Positions 62,778 through 64,000 of a DNA stretch of 64,000 bases are shown in pieces; within the stretch, counting starts at the first letter, position 1; every line of letters starts with the position of its first letter. The notes under the pieces were generated by a model that did not search any database, was not told the origin of the DNA, and was given only the letters and a program-made list of their open reading frames with translations. This DNA comes from Cercozoa sp. M6MM (Eukaryota > Protista > Endomyxa: Ascetosporea). The position numbers were made by a program, and so were the translations under genes. The DNA is taken from NCBI GenBank assembly GCA_040357565.1, contig JBDODJ010000023.1, one strand, 5' to 3'.

Positions 62778-64000
62778 ATGGCGGTAGATGGCGAGCGGCA
62801 ACATCTAGGGAGTAAAAGCTCGTCTGGCGACGATAACTCGAGCGATACGAACGTGCGACTCGACCGCATTCTCAACGCGGTAGAATCGTTGGCACTGACG
62901 GTTTCAGACTTGGTGTGATCACTTTCTGAATGTTTGAGGGTGTGTATTGATAAGAAGTGGATGCTTTGACAGCGAGCCTCAGTGTCGGACCTGTCGACGC
63001 GACTGACGGCTTTGGAGATGTCACTCAGCGACAATGACGCGCGCGCTCTGACGCTTTCGTCGCTGCCTGCTTTCGCTGAACCGTTCGTTTACCCTCATCT
63101 ACTTTACTCCCATCCCACCCCTTTATCTCCCATTAAAATCGCTTCTATTTAATTCCAACTTACCCTCCTTATACCCCTTCCCATTAATTCCCTACTCTGA
63201 TGTACTTTTCCAGACTGCTGGAGCGTCGAAATTCGTTCGATGACGACGCCGACGATGAGGACGTCAAGAACAAACTGCAGTCGAACCGACGAGCGAAACG
63301 TCGCGAAAGAAGGCGACGCAGACAATTCAATGTGCACCACAGTCAACACCATCACATTCCACAGGTGCCTTCAGAGGTTTAGGGGGGGGTAAAGAGGGGT
63401 GAAGCACTTATTGTAGCCACAACCGGCGCCGTCGGTCGTCGCTGCTCCCGGCAGCAGCATTCACGAACCGGCCATGTCTGTACCGAGTTGTTTTTCGGGG
63501 ATAAACTGACAAATGTTTACGTGTGGTGTAGGTCCTGTCCGTCGCTCCGTCTGTCGCAGTTTCTGCCACCGCTATTCGCATTCGGTAGGGTTCCTTTTAT
63601 TCACTGCTTCCCTTGATTTGTTCTACTCACATTGTTTAGTGACGAGAGAATGTTGCGAACGGCAGCGAGCGAAGGCAACTTGCGACGCGTGAAAGCTTTG
63701 CTGACCGAAGGCGTCGCCGTCGATGCCAGCGAATGGAACGGCGAAACGGTAGTCTTCTTTTATCTATCTTACCCTTTTATCTTTACTTAGCCCTTTCACC
63801 TCTTTAACCAATCCCTTTGACCTCTTTAACCAACCTCTTTGACCTCTTTAACCAACCCCTTTGACCCTCTTCACCCCCATAATTATGCAGGCACTGATGC
63901 GAGCTGCGAATTTCGGACGCGTCCAAATGTGCCGTTTGCTGCTGGATCGGGGTGCCGATGTCAACGTAAAGCTTCGTTCGTCTTTTTACGTCTCTAGCTA
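62778..64000 (+). CDS. Ankyrin-repeat protein, partial (runs off the window; start uncertain)
   Basis: LRTAASEGNLRRVKALLTEGVAVD..NGET-ALMRAANFGRVQMCRLLLDRGADVN. Confidence 0.8.

Overview
Gene-dense, intron-rich eukaryotic (protist-like) nuclear DNA. It holds about 25 spliced protein-coding genes with short GT-AG introns (mostly 45-100 nt), mostly arranged as divergent pairs. I assembled gene models by hand from splice signals and recognised motifs; no database search was run. Recognisable genes: OTU deubiquitinase, VTA1, a RING-H2 protein, ATG6/Beclin, a peroxisomal ABCD transporter, a LYR-motif protein, STI1/HOP, a PAP2 phosphatase, ICT1/ArfB, a bacterial-type 3-hydroxybutyrate dehydrogenase, RFC1, an ATP synthase d-like protein, a Miro-like protein, CD2BP2, a SAP-APE endonuclease, a GPS-7TM receptor, a fatty-acid hydroxylase, CIA1, a PEX22-like protein and an ankyrin protein. 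Main points of interest: (1) a predicted N-myristoylated globin-RGS fusion (14236-16496, minus), a candidate haem gas sensor acting on heterotrimeric G proteins; (2) the palindrome TCCGCGCGGA, found 10 times across exons, introns and intergenic DNA; (3) RFC1 with two RanBP2-type zinc fingers and a WWE-like domain; (4) two solo-LTR-like elements; (5) kb-scale patches where introns fill with recurring simple repeats; (6) a secreted knottin plus ALK/LTK glycine-rich protein; (7) a Miro with no recognisable intact GTPase domain.
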